Notes: generated from the letters alone by a model not told the origin. DNA of 63,328 bases, filler included, from 8 parts of 8 records of this genome joined end to end with filler, not necessarily neighbours in it, one strand, 5' to 3'. Counted from the first letter of the whole stretch, positions 1 through 13,667 are shown. A program made the numbers and translations.

Positions 1-123
1 ACCTCTCTTCTATCAGATATAGGGTGTTAATAAAAATAACAACATTGGATACACCACCTCTAATAATTAATTTTATTAATGGGCAGAGTAGAGGGATACG
101 GCTGCTTCGCTCATTACGACTGG

Positions 124-3100
124 TCATTTACTCGCACCCCCACCGCCGCTGTCTAGCTCTCGAGAAACGACTGAAGACACATCCTCAAAATCATCTCCAT
201 CCGCACTTCCGGTTTTGCGCATGTCACTCTGACACTGTTTGCACACACGCTGAGTAATAACTCTGCGAATGGAACGTCGAACAACTCGCCCCGTCGAGCA
301 GCCACCGCAAACTTGCCGGTTGCAGACACTGCAGATGTGCATTCGGCGGAAAAAGCCGAACTGTCTCTCACACGCACTGCAGCCGAGCGATCGCTTGTCC
401 TTGACTTGCTGCACTACCTTCCGTCCAGCAGCCCGCAAACGAGCTGAAGATCGGTTCTTCACATCCACAATCCTACGAATTGACCGTACCCACTCTTTGC
501 ACATGGCTGATGAAGGCGCAAAAAACACGGCATCACGCTCGTCTGCAAATAACTTGAATCCCCGGGAAATCTGATCAGCGGAGAAGCTAAAGCATACACC
601 ACATGTCATTAAACATGATTAGTTCACTATTTGAAAAGGAGAAGATGTGTTGCGAAATGCATGTCACACATCGTAATTGGCCCAAAGTTCAAAAAGAGCA
701 AGTCCGTGATCTGGCCAAATTGACGAACTTTGTCTTCTTTCGGCGTGGGCTAGAACCACCCTCGGACGAGCTGCCACCGCCCTGCTGGCTCAATTCTTCC
801 ACGCGGCGTACGTGGAGTGAATGTTTGTAATCATAGAGCCCCTTTCCCGCTTTGCGAGTGTAAATAAACAAATCTGAGAACAAGAAGCAGTACCTGAGCC
901 ACAACAACGAAAAATGAAAGTATGACCTCATTCCGATGTCTCAGGCACTCCAACTGCGATTATTTTCGACAAGAAGGAAACCACCAGCCCCATGAAATTA
1001 AAAGAGCACCAACCTCGCTTTGACTATGCCACGACGGCAAGCCTTGTCTAACTCTCCCTCACGCAAGTACACTCGATGAGCTGCAACTAGCTCGCCATTA
1101 AACCGCCGAAGGCATTGCTGGATCTCAAAAACTTTGAGGCGATTTGCACGTTCACCAATGGTGTCATTGACTTTTTGAGTAACCTTTTTAAACACACACG
1201 CACCGCCAAACCGAAAAGTCAGTCATGAACCAACCGTTACAATCTGCTGCACTCATTGGTAGGTTCAGTAGTGCAAGCGGTACGCGATGAAGCAAAGTGG
1301 CGCCGTCAAAAGATTGAACAAGCACACACCTGACTGATCTGCTTTGCTGCCTTGTCGAGTCGCTCTCGTTCTGGATCTTGGGTGCCAGTGCAGCTTAAGA
1401 GCTCCTCAAGGAGCATTTTAAGCCTCGGAAGTCGCTGAAATTGCAGGCATCACACCAGATTCCGCAACATCAATGACAATGCGCAACCCGATGTCATTTC
1501 ATCATAGGTTGGCACACAAAACGCAAACAACCACGTGCCTGGATTGGAGTGATGAGCAGCGAGTCAATGCTAAACCCTTTGAGCATTGGGTTTGTGCTGA
1601 GATTTTCGAGAAGCGTGCGAAACTTGGGTTTCTTGGCCAGCTTCTTGAGACTGCGAGTAGACTTTTCATGTGCATTGCAATAGTCACTGTAAAGTTTGAA
1701 GTAGTCTACAAACTCACAAACCACACGACCAATACTACGTTCGTCCATTTCCGATTTCTTGGCCTCGAGAACAAGATCGTCCTGCGATGGAAAACCAATC
1801 ATTTGATATTGTCATTGGGCAGGCGACGTATGTTTCTGACCAAAGCTAGGCGCGGTGACAAGCCAAAACGGGAAAAGCCAACGCAAACACTGAGCATCGC
1901 AGGCACATTGCAAACTTACTCTGAACTTGGTATCGAGATTGATGATTGCATCAAGATTGGCAAAGAGCATCGCGTAGTTGGCCATTCCGAAATTAGGGTT
2001 CTTTCCTGTTTTCGCCTCCTGCTGCAAAGGGCGCTGGAATCCGTCCCGTAACATTTCCAAGTGCTGCACGTACTTTCTCTGCGATGAAACCAACTCGGCA
2101 ACTACATGCTTCTTTTTCGCTGCCATTTCTGCAAGAACCTCTTCTGTTTCAGTTTCCGCCTCTGCTTTTGTTGCCGGGGATTCTACGTCAGTGTTCCTTG
2201 TATCCTCCTCGTCGGTGTCGGCGTATTCACGGTCACTATCATCGGGTCCATCGCTGCCGGCACCCATGTCATTGTTGGAACCATCTTCATTGCTCGAATT
2301 TGCGGGCACTGGCAACTCATCGGGTGATTTTGAATCGTCGGAAGGACCGACTGGGTTGGGCATATCATTGTCACTGTCGTCATCGTTCTCATCTGTGTGG
2401 CCGACATCATCGTCGATCCGGGGCTCATTTGGTTCCGCACTTTTGTGCATGTCGCTAGCTTCGTCACTTCTATCGTCTCCCTGGAAATCACTCTCCTCGG
2501 AGTCACTACTCTCCATCCCAATCAAATGACCACCCAGAGACCGTTTTTTGCTCAGGGGTGGGGGAACCAAGTGCGAATCAACCTTCAAGCTGGCACGCAG
2601 GGGCTTCTGTGCGCTACTCCTCCGCCTACTACGCACGATTCGGTCCTCATCATCCGCGTCGCGTGCATCCTTGCTCTTAGTTGATGGCTTCTTCGACAAA
2701 AACGATGCTGTCGCACCTGCAACTTTGCCCTCGACATGAGAAGAGCCCGAAGAGGACTTTCGCATGTGGCTGGACCTGCGTCGGTGGTGCAGCACTTGGC
2801 ATGGCGCTGTGAGTTCCGCATTTCGGGCACTGCCCTTTTGGCTGACATGGATTCCCGTGTCATTGTCATTGTCATTGCCGTTCACGCTTTCAGTGGGTTT
2901 GTTGGCCTCTCGGATGATAAATTTGCGCTCACGAACCGAATCGTCTGTCCATCGTGGTAGTGGTGCTCCTGCAGCTTCCACGACCTCGCTTCTGTCTTCA
3001 GAGCTTGGCACAGCACGCTCAGTGGCTTTCAAGTTCGAGTTGTCATCACGTTCAAAACGACCGGTAACACCGCCATCAATGTACCAATCATGACCCAATG

Positions 3101-5663
3101 CTCGCTTGATGATACCCAGCGACGAACGAGGTCGCCGGTATCGGTAAATCGAGGAGGGACTCCCCGTGTTCTCTTGATGTTGCACTACACCGCCCTGAAA
3201 ACTAGCGCTGTCCTCTAAATCACTTTGGTGGATTCCGTCTTCATCAACAGCTCCGAATTCAATGCCATCGTAACACAGTGAGCTCACACTGCTGTTTCGA
3301 CGGCGCGAGGAGGCCAGTGTCGAGGGAATATCGTCCGGTGACTGGGAAATCTTGCCCGAAGATGGAAATACTGTCCTATTCCTCCTCCATCGCGCGTCAA
3401 AGGAGGCCTCAGACTCACTTGAAGGCGAGGCTGACGGTGGGATCATCAAACGGTGGCCGCTAGGACTCAAAGCATCGGCGCTCGTGCGCCGACTGATTGA
3501 CATGTCGCTGTTGACACCAGGGGGCGATGCAGTCGGAGTTGGAGTGGTGTCCATTTTTTCGCTCTCGTGTGTCATGTCAGAAAACCCTGCGTCCAGCAAA
3601 CTCCTTTGCAAAGTATTGCGCATTCCCTCGTATGCAGCTAACGCTTTGCGTCTCTGAACGGGAAGCAAACCACTGCTCTTTGTTCCAGCACGGCACTGCT
3701 TTTCTCGAGCCAAAACAATGTCCAGCGCTGTTCTTCCCAAACGGTCAGTGGCCTCAACGCGCAGGCCAGGAAGTGAACAAAGAACTGCCACAAGAGGTTC
3801 TGACAGAGTGCATCGCGTGGCAGTGTGTAGAGCTGTTTCACATCGTCCTCGAGTTGTGCACGTGCCGGCAGATTCCCGAAGCCATGCTGCGTGCTTGTAT
3901 GTGAAGTACTTTGTTCCATCCTCATCAGTATCAACAAAGGAAGGAAGGAGGAGATCCTCAACAAGTTGCACAACTTCTAGTTGGCATGCAGAAACAGCAC
4001 AATGCAAAAACGTCTGGCCGTCAGGAAGTGTAATTCGTGGATCAGCAAGGGCGTCAAGCAGCAGGGTTTCCACAGCATCAACCATGCCAAGTGTGGCCGC
4101 GATGTGCAGTGGGGTTGCTTGGTCGCCAGCCACTGTATGAGCTGACGCAGGTTGATTTGGGTCGGCACCTTGCTCGAGGAGCTCACAGAAGCTTTCGATG
4201 TCGTGGGTCAACAATGCATTGATGAGGGGCGGCCAACCATCTGCATTTGGCCGATGAAGTTCCCTGCTTGACAAAACGGAACACTGTTTATTGCTTCGCG
4301 CCAAAACCTGTTGGTCAACAGAAGCTGGTTTAACGACAGTGTCCGACTCGCGTGTCGGGCCAGTGACCTTGATTGCGTGCTCCTGAGCAAAAGGCGATGG
4401 TCGCTCAGTTTTCTCTGCAAATCGCCTATTCTGTCCCTGAGTTGTAAAATGCCGACTCCCCCCAGCCATTGTGTGGTTGGCAGACCGAGGACGAAATCTT
4501 CCAGATGAGCGAGGGCGCTGATCAAACTCTGTCTGAGCGCCCGTGAATGCGTGATTTCCCTCCGAATCAGTCGCATCATCCAATGAAAATCCCGTAGAGC
4601 GCACTTTGCCGGGGACGGTCTGGGGCAAAGCTTCGTGCACCTCAGTCACAGTTTTCACGGGCGCAGTCTGGGAACTTGCAGAGTTGACATGAATTGATGA
4701 CGGTTGCAAACGAGACACCGCAACAGGGTTGGAAGCCACTGTTTGTACATTCTCGCCGTCGCCCTTGCCGATGTGTTTCAGGATCCTTGCTAAACTGTGT
4801 TGCTCATCACTGCCTGCATCAGTGCGTTCGACAACCGTACGGCGATGATTGTGTGGCGCCTGATGCTTCCTACTGTGGTGGCGGCGTTGATCATACTGGT
4901 CACGTTGAGGCCTGCGTTGGCACTGGGTGCCATTTTCATTTTCTGTGCCAGCTTTTCTGCTGCGCCAAGGTTTTGCGTGACGCTTGCTATCCTTCGCCGT
5001 CCCAGATGCCGCGTTGTGGCCTTGCTGAGCCGCCTGCATGGCCTTAACTTTCTCCATCCTCTCACGGATCGTTCGAATCTGGCCGTGGCTGCCTCGCTCC
5101 GCCAGAGCCGCGATGGCTGACTTGACTTGCAGTGCTTGGAGGTTACGGATATCTGCTTTCAACGATTGTTGCTCCCGGAACGACCGCGTGGCCCTTGCTC
5201 GCTGCTTCAAAGATTCCAAGCGCTCATCAATCTGTCGAATTTGCTGGTGCAGCGTCACCGCATCAATGCTATCTGCGTGGCCATTCAGCCCTTCTACCTG
5301 ACGACCTCCATTCGATAATGCAGCCAAATCTCTAACATCGTGTTGAATGCCTGCGGAATGACCAACGATCGCAGTCTGCGGCATCCGTGGAGCTGGCCTC
5401 CTAGGTTGCTGCAGTGGGCGAAGAAGCACGATCGGAGCAGGTCCAGCGTTGCTCCTGGGTGAGTGCGCTGTCGGCCCAGCGCTGGTGCCGCCACGAGGCA
5501 TTTTGCTGTTCAAGTTGTTGTTGTTGTTGTTGATGATGTCAACCACAAAGTCGGGATCCGCGCGGCCTGGGTTTGGGGCATGGCTTTGGAACTGCCAAGT
5601 ACTATCGCTGAATTCGCGACAGCGGTTGCTGCTGTTCCCAGGAACTCGTGAAGCTGCGCGCAT
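124..5663 (-). CDS. Multi-exon eukaryotic RhoGEF: low-complexity N-terminus, ankyrin repeats, acidic linker, DH, PH and C-terminal FYVE-like Zn finger (FGD/frabin-like)
   Basis: Large exon has ANK motifs (GWPPLINAL..LLEQGADPN, TPLHIAA, TFLHCAV, TALHTA) and the DH start (KKKHVVAELVSSQRKYVQHLEML). Small exons splice to give LLITPIQ|RLPRLKMLLEELL, PH (YLREGELDK..R|YCFLFSDLFIY..EWVRSIRR) and FYVE-like CSAC..FGFFRRMHICSVCNRQVCGGC..RVCKQC. Introns traced at 1782-1919, 1435-1538 and 1184-1329. Start is ATG 5663 or 5501. Confidence 0.85.
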
Positions 5664-5894
5664 TGTGCTGCTGACCACACAGCCGCTGCGGCTTCATTGC
5701 AGGCAGGGAACCGCATCTTTGCCCAAAAAATGAAGCATAGCTTCCAGCTGTCGTGTGACGTGAACTCGCGCTTTTGTTTGTTTACACTGGACTTGTGGAC
5801 GCCAACAACAACTCGGTCATTGATGTCTCGCGCAGCGACACGCCGAAACGAAAGGACAAACAGGAAGAAAAACGAAACCCTCAACAAATAGCCA

Positions 5895-5994
5895 NNNNNN
5901 NNNNNNNNNNNNNNNNNNNNNNNNNNNNNNNNNNNNNNTTAATTAATTAANNNNNNNNNNNNNNNNNNNNNNNNNNNNNNNNNNNNNNNNNNNN
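5895..5994. other. Artificial contig spacer
   Basis: 100 nt: N-run, TTAATTAATTAA (stops in all six frames), N-run. Confidence 0.99.
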
Positions 5995-6666
5995 ACATCG
6001 ACCACAAGAATACCTTCACCAACCTTCAGATTTTTCAGAACTTGGTGCCGCACGAGGAAGCCCAGGCCAACGGAACGTGCTGCCCTTGCCACAAGTTCTT
6101 CGTCGATGGGCATTGTGCTATTTCGCGATGAAGTAGAGCCGAGCTTACTCCGAGCCATTAAATTCTGACAATACCAAGACATAAAACAAAACAATGGTTG
6201 AGCATTAAATGAAAGATTGCAGTTGCGTGGTCCATCACTATGCACCCTCCGTCGTATTCGGCCATAGAAACCACTGGGAATTTTCAGACCTGAGCATGAA
6301 GGTAGTTTGTTCTGATGCTTCGGACATAGAGACACTGTGCCTGCTGTGCAACACTGTTCAGGCGAACTTTTTGTCCTTGTAGAGAAAAAGCCTGGACCGC
6401 GCACAACATCGCAAACGACGACGTTACTTGACATGAATTGAACTAGCCAAAGGTTGGTTGATCACACGTACCAAGCAACAAATGCTGTGCCTACCGTGTC
6501 TACACCACGTGCAACGTGCAAAAATTGCTCCACAGACATAAAGTGGTGTTGGAGAACTGCAAATATCGACATATCAACTGCATTTGGTTGTGTGTGAACT
6601 CGAAGTTTTTGGTCAAGTTCAGCACAGATGATGTGGAACCATTTCAACCCTGCGATAAACAGTCCG

Positions 6667-9600
6667 TCAGAATTGAACAACCATCAGCACTACAGCAGTC
6701 GTTGAAAAGCAGTCCAGAAGCTGGTTTACAATCTCACCATTGGAGCTCCTCAACAGTTGCCGTCTCTTCGCCTTTGCAGTTTGTCTGGACACCGTTCTCC
6801 GAAGAAAAGCTCCTATTTTACAGGCGGCCCTATTGGCACTTGGGGAGTCATTGTTTGGAGTTGCTTTCATTTTGCGTGCCTGCGCGCAACAGGTACAATA
6901 TGTAACACGATGTTGATCAGTACGGCCAGCAGTCATTGTCAACGAACAGCCAATCAAAATACACACCTGTTCGTGGCAAAACGAAGCAATCCTCAAAGCA
7001 TGTCTTTTCTTCTCCGCCTGTCAAGTATTCATGTGACAATCCGTGTTTCACGAGCAACGTATTCCCGTGAGACATAATTCATGAAGCCATAATTTCATGT
7101 TCCTTCTAGCAGTGAACAAGCATACATTGATGGACTGCGCTAGCTGTGATTGGTGTTCATCCTGGAATTGTTTCAATTCGTCCAACAGGTGTTGTCGTTC
7201 CTGTGGGAAAGCTTGAACCGCCACCGCAAGTTGTGCAACCTGATTGGCAGTTGCACCACACGTTAGCTTCGTGTTCTTCATGAAATTTGTAATATCACCC
7301 CCTAGCTCAATTGCTGTCTTTGAGCTTGCAGAAACGCAATCACTTTGAAATACCTCCTTGCGCAAAGGTTCCAACTCCCGGATGCTTTCGCGGAGTTCGT
7401 GCTCGGTCTTTCCTGCTCGTTCTAGTTTCAAGCGGGTCTGAGAAAGGTCTTGCCGCATCTGAAAAAAAAGTGCCAAAAACACGCCCGACACAACCACCAT
7501 CCAAACAATGGCGAAACCAATTGAATGTGAAGTGCAAAATAAACAGTGTCAACACAACATGCATCGACGCGATGGGGTCTCACTTGTTCTAATTCTGCTT
7601 TCTGTCGCAAAATAGTTGAGGCCTGAATGCACACCCGCACATGCACAGAGTACAAAAGTAAAGTACAACGACTGTTATTTGGTTTACACTACTGTTTACG
7701 GTAGATCAACTTTGAGCACGCACCTGTTCATTGCAGTTTCGCTGCAGCTGTCGTGCCAGGGTACATGCTTGTGATTCGGAAGTCGTCAACATTCTCACAG
7801 ATTCTTTCAAATGCGAAGTCAATGAAATGTGCTCGTTGCGTTGAATTTCCTACAAGAGCAACCGACAAAACAATGAAGAAATGCGCTGTGCAGCATGGAG
7901 CTCCTTGTAACGAAAAAACCCATTGCAAGACGCGGTGTACCAGTTGCTGGGCTAGGTGCTCGGTCGCTGTGCGGACTTCAGCCTCTCTATTCTCAGCTAG
8001 TTCTGTTCTGAGCATCTCCAACTGCTCGGCATGAGCCTTCTTGAGTTTCAAAGTAAGTTGCAGATGCTCCTACGTCAAAAACAACCGAAGAGCATCCTGT
8101 CGACAAACTTAACAGAAGAGAGCTAAAATATCTGCCAGACTGCGCATCTTTCGTACTTGTTGCTGTTGCTCGAGCTTAGCTGCCGCTGTTTTGTGAAGCG
8201 CCAGAACCTGCGGCGAAGCGGTGCCAAAGTGAAAAAAAAACATGTACATATATATATACCTTTTACCAACGTATAAACACTGCACATGTGTTCATTTTAC
8301 TCGAACCTCTGCAACATGCTCCTTTTGAATGTCGTCCAGTAGCCTAGCACATTGATAGGATAGAAGATTTTGCCATGTTAGGCAATCCTGTGCACAAGTG
8401 TACGTACGCATGCATGTGATTTCAAGAACCTGATCAAAATATTACAAGCCGTACCGATTCTGAGGCGTGCCTGTTTCGTCTCTTGACCCACCACGCCTTC
8501 GGTGCCGCTCAAGAATTTGTCGCTGCCGCATTTCAGTGTGCATTTTCATCCGGGTGGCTGATGCCTCCGCGTTGTCAATATCTTGAAACCAGCGACGTCG
8601 CATGTCAATTTGTTCGGCCCAACTATAAAAAAACACGACCACGAACTGTAAGGTGTGGAATATGCAAACCCATGCCGCAGGTTCTGGCGCTTCACAAAGA
8701 AACGAACGTTGTTGCCATTCGAGCTGTTTCCGCGACTAATTCTGTGACTGTATGGTCAGTAAACATAAGTTTGATAACTGTGAGGCTATCATTTTGTTTT
8801 CCCGTACTGTTACCGTGGACATCAGTTTTATCCACGAGAGCCAGAAGTTTGAGACTGAATGTACCAGCCTACACATTTTGGTACATCACTTGAAATGTTG
8901 AAACCAAAAATACTTCAGAACAAGACTTGCTCGTGCAGCTGCGTACCAGTTTCTTGACGGGACTTGTTTGAAAGTCCTCCTCCTTCTTGTAGTAGTTCAA
9001 GTACCTATAAATGGACAAAACTAGCTGAATATGTCCTGTAGATGCAACAAAATGCAGTAACACCCTCGAAAAAATCGTGAACGCACTCGTTATTCAGCAC
9101 AAAAAATCGGCGCTGAGAGGTACCGGAAAATGTGCTGCTTCGTTTTTGCAAATACCCTTTCAAGAGTTCAAAGGGAGTCATGTCGGCCTGCACAAGGACG
9201 ACACAAAAACAGTCACATTTCTCGGACAACTCATGTCATCCATGTCATCCATGTCTGGATTGCAGAAAAGTACAAGACACTGCCAAAAAGTTGAGGAGCA
9301 CCCCATTCAACGTACGCCAACGATCGATGCTCGGAAATTGCCTTGCATTCGCTTCTTTCGCGGTGACGTGTTGGCGTCTTTTGAGCCATTGCTCTGGTTC
9401 AACAACTGAACAGAAGCAAGAAAGAACAAAAGGAGAACGGGTGTTGAATTAGCGATGGATTGCACAGCCAAACTCAGCTATGGGATGACGCCAGAACCCT
9501 GCCAACGTGCCTGACACACTTACTTGTTGAATTTTGACAATCGAAGCACGGCGATGAGTAGGTCGCGCCATGGGTGACTTGCCACTTTTCTCGATCAGGG

Positions 9601-12600
9601 CGTCTGCATCCTCGACAAAGCATGGATATACTTCGCGAAACACAGCAGTTGATCTCACAACCGTCGACGCAACTGTTTCCATCATCATCATTTGGCGAAC
9701 ATACCTACCAACATCGCACACACAGGAGGTCAGCAAAACAGCACTCTCTCTGTAAGACTTCAGGTACGCCGCACAGATCATATCAAAGAATGACAACAAA
9801 AACACACAGTAACTGAAAAGGTGTACTTTGTCCTTCATCATGATTATCATCGCCATCTGTGACAATGTCACATGTAATCATATAGTCTCAGGTCAGTCAG
9901 AATCAATTGATCACTCAAGTATGAAAATCGTTCGCATCTCGCGCGCACAGATCGCTTACTCGGCAAGGGATCTTCTGTTCCAAGAAATGCCTGAGATCCT
10001 TTCTTTGTCAACAACTTTTCCAGGTTATGAACATGTAAGCCAAGGTTTATCGTCTACAGCGAGCAATATGCCATACAATTGTTACAAACGCAGCTTTGTT
10101 TCTGAGTTTATTGAGTGTCAAACATCATCCACAAACAGGACAATTGCCAAGCCATACCGGCTTTAGCTTGCCGGTTACGATTTGCAAAAATTCCGGCATT
10201 GTGATTGAAGACTTCAGACAAGAGACACAAGCCAAAGAATATTGTGATGAATGTACAGTCGAAAACCATAATGTAAAACGTGTCATGTCGTGCTAAAGTA
10301 AGTGCCACGTGAGTCCACGTACGCCTTTTAATGTCGTCCCAGCTTCCAACATCAACTGCGAGAGCTCGAACTCACTATCCATGCGTATTGTATACGTACA
10401 TTACATAAATTCATTCAAGACGCCAAGTGTATATTCGTTTTGATGCCAGCCCGCGTTCGTGCTGACATGTACACCCCAAAGAATTGACAACATCACACGA
10501 ACAGCCGACCTGAAAGGCTGTTCTAAATCGTCCAAGAGCATACCAAGCTCAAAGCTGTCCAGCTGATTATTTTTGTCCATGTCAAAGAGAGCAAAGAAGG
10601 TTTCTGCCACCATCTCAGCGCGGCGAACTTCATTGCCAGTATTAATGATGCGCTGAACCTTCTTGCGGATTGCATCACCGCTGGCTGCGACCTGTCAAAA
10701 CGACAAGAGCAAACACCAAATCATCTTTTAAGATCAAACCGGAAACATAAAAATAAACCTTTTCACTGCTGATCTTCACAACGTGCTTCTTCATCCACAA
10801 CTGCTCTTCCTTTGGCAGTCTTGAGGACCAGCAAAAGCCGTTCTCGGGTAAAATCGCAGGAATGGGCAACGAAACGGGCTTCTTTTTGTCGACGCTGACG
10901 CTCTTTGGCGATGGGAGCAATTAACTGCACCGTTTGACGAGTGCAAATACGTGTATGACCAGATGGGGCATGATCAGGCAAAAATCATGGCTTGAAGATT
11001 TCATGCATTGTTGCCTTGCAGCAATGCATTGACAGGTCTTGACATTGTATGCATCAAACGAACTGCTTTTGAGTCTTCGAAAGACTGTGAGGCACTTCTT
11101 TGAAAGTTTTGAATCTGAGCTTCTGAAACTTGACAAATTGTTGGGTGAATGTCTCGAAATCTGCTTTGTGCAGCTGTCCTCGCAGCGTCCTGCGTATTGA
11201 CACACCACAGTGACGGAACAGTTTTGAGTGAGCGTGCCACGTGAACAAACAATTTCACAGGCTTTTGGCCACTCAAGCTTTGGTACTGGCGGTAGTAGAA
11301 CAGGCTACAAGTTCCAAACAAGAGTAAAAACACCGGGAGCATGGCTGTGTCACTGGTGCACAACATCAACACCGCGCACCAGCTCTTCTCGCATCAGGCG
11401 TTGCTTTGTATCAATAAAGGAACGAAACTCTTCATCGGAGAGAAACTCAAGCAGCATTTCACGATCAGGAGCCTAACGACGTAGCCGACGGAAAGAAGTC
11501 AGTTACTTACAATGGACTTGTTTTGGTAACGCAGTTAAATGCATTCACTAATACGCAGACACAAACACTGATTCGCAAAACGCACCTTAAGATGATTTGA
11601 TGTGAACCATCGCTGAAAGTCCTCTACATCCCAGTAGTCTTTAAGACCCGCGTCAAATTCAAGAAATGCACGTGAAAGAGCATCGTCGGGATACGACCCT
11701 CGCAGTTGCCCAACAAGTAGACGTAGATCTTGAGTATCGAATCTTTGGTCACTGTCCATGTCAAACAGAGTGAAAACTTCTTGCGCAAGCGCTTTGTCGT
11801 CTTGGCCTTCAAAGTTGACAACATTGTTTGCATTGCTTTTGCCTGAGGATGCGCTGTGTCCTGCCGTTTTTGCAGCCTCGTGACGAAATTCCAGCGTGGC
11901 CTGGCCGCTAACGCTATCAAAATAGCAGCTTGCACGGCGCTTTGCGATTGATACTTGCTCTTCGACATAGCGCTGTTCTTCTTCGAGACGTTCTAGTTCA
12001 GCTTTCACGGAATCGGGCAAGCTGTGGAAATCCGTTGATGATGCAGAAGATGTAGACGCGGTCAAAAGTCTGTGGTGTTGCTCAACTAACTCTCTTTCTT
12101 CAGGTGTCAGACCAGTGCGTGTTTTGTCGCCAACGGTCTGGCTGGTGTCGTGGGCTCGATCGGTGCGAATATTAATTCGAGAGGAATGAGCTGAAACAGG
12201 TGGTGTCTGTGGCATAAATGATTCACTTGTGGAAAGTGACTTGGATGCTGCCGCAACTTGAGGAGGAGGTGCAGGAACCACAACACGCTCCCCATCGTTG
12301 TTTCCATTGGGTGGTGGAGGTGGCGATCGGACATGAAATTGGTCGTCACTTGTCGTGTCAACCGGATCGTGCAGTTCCTTGTTCAAGGCATCAATGTCGA
12401 GTTCAGAGTATATCCTGCTCATTTTTTTGTCGGCGTCTTGTTGCGTGACCCTCTTTCCTCGGCCAGAGTTGTCGCTGTTGGTGGTGGTGCCAGAAGTGGT
12501 GCTGTCGGTAGAAACCGCACACGTTGCCACAACAGTGTCGTCTGTTGCCACATCATTATCGTCATCATCATCATCACCATCGTCATCGTCAACAATTTCC

Positions 12601-12806
12601 ACACCCGACCTCGCTTCTTTCTTAGAAGCCTCGGGCAGTGGGTCGGAGCCTGGACAGCCGGAGCCTGAGGCATCGTTGGAAAGACTTGTTGACCCCATCA
12701 TGGGAGGCAGTGGGAGACCTGCTGCCATGGCTGTGGTTACAGAAGCACCTCGCCGAGTAACCGCTTCGGCATCTAAGTCTGCTGATGCAGGTGAACCCTC
12801 CATCAT
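6667..12806 (-). CDS. Multi-exon eukaryotic EF-hand + PH domain + coiled-coil protein (3' boundary approximate)
   Basis: First exon 11535-12806 is low-complexity, then EVFTLFDMDSDQRFDTQDL. Later exon FFALFDMDKNNQLDSFEL (~10500-10613). PH start LLKGYLQKRSSTFSGTSQRRFFVLNN|YLNYYK (~8960-9180). Coiled-coil exons at ~7130-8600. GT..AG boundaries visible. Confidence 0.6.
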
Positions 12807-13224
12807 TTTCAAAAAGAACTTTTTGGAGGTGGCACGGGCAGCCGCTATTTGAGAACTTACGCACGTTTATTCTTCCTCACCCTCTCCACTCGAACGCACA
12901 TTGTCTCCACCACAGAATGCTTTTCTTAGGGCTGACTGGCTCAAAGAAGTCCAGCGGCAGAATCGAGCCCGATAGTAAACAGCAAACGCCGCCACCAAGA
13001 ACGAACGACAACAAAGCAAAGAGAGAAAAGAAGCGAGAGAGAGAGAGAAAGAACGAAAACGAACGAGAACAAACGAGAACAAAAAAAAGAACAAGCACAA
13101 GAAAGGCACAAGCACGCGCGTACCAGGAATGGCAAGGTCGAAGAGGCAGGGAGTCACAGAGAGAAGTCGTCTCTCAAGAAAAGCAGCAGCCACGCGAGAC
13201 TCACAACCAACTGCCAAATTCTAA

Positions 13225-13266
13225 GCTCTCTCTCTCTCTCTCCCTCTCTCTCGTGAGACTCTCTCT
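13225..13266. repeat. (CT)n microsatellite at contig end
   Basis: ctctctctctctctctccctctctctc run, upstream of the minus-strand gene. Confidence 0.9.
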
Positions 13267-13273
13267 TGAGACT

Positions 13274-13373
13274 NNNNNNNNNNNNNNNNNNNNNNNNNNN
13301 NNNNNNNNNNNNNNNNNTTAATTAATTAANNNNNNNNNNNNNNNNNNNNNNNNNNNNNNNNNNNNNNNNNNNN
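13274..13373. other. Artificial contig spacer
   Basis: N-run + TTAATTAATTAA + N-run. Confidence 0.99.
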
Positions 13374-13602
13374 TGCGCATAAACCCTTTCGGCAATACAT
13401 GTTATAAGTAGCGCCGTAAAAAGTCATCACAGCTCAGTGTCATGACTTTATCCCGGTTGTTATCTGCATAATCACGATATTTAAAGCTCACTGACTGCTC
13501 ATTCGCTGACACGAATCGCGATTCTGACATCCCCCCCTTTCGGGTGTAACGTGCTAGGTAACTAACTAGCTTTTCACTGTATGTTAAACAGGCTTTGCTA
13601 TA
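13374..13602 (-). pseudogene. IS91-family (Y2 HUH, rolling-circle) transposase C-terminal fragment
   Basis: YSKACL..LVSYLARYTRKG..VSFKYRDYADNNRDKVMTLSCDDFLRRYL*HVLPKGFMR has the YxxRY tyrosines and the HVLPKGF motif. In-frame TAA at 13402-13404. Homology stops abruptly near 13602; the 3' end runs off the contig. Confidence 0.85.
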
Positions 13603-13667
13603 GGGAAAATGGGGTCGCGTCTTGCTTTTTGCCACTTTCTTTTTGAATGGCCGCATCAATGCAAATA

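Noticed and set aside
5939-5950. TTAATTAATTAA recurring seven times as a possible biological repeat or CRISPR-like unit
   Set aside because: Always centred in a 100-nt N spacer; it is an artificial six-frame-stop linker
5995-6113. Possible start of another minus-strand gene (MPIDEELVARAARSVGLGFLVRHQVLKNLKVGEGILVVD)
   Set aside because: Only ~39 codons before the contig edge; no family recognisable
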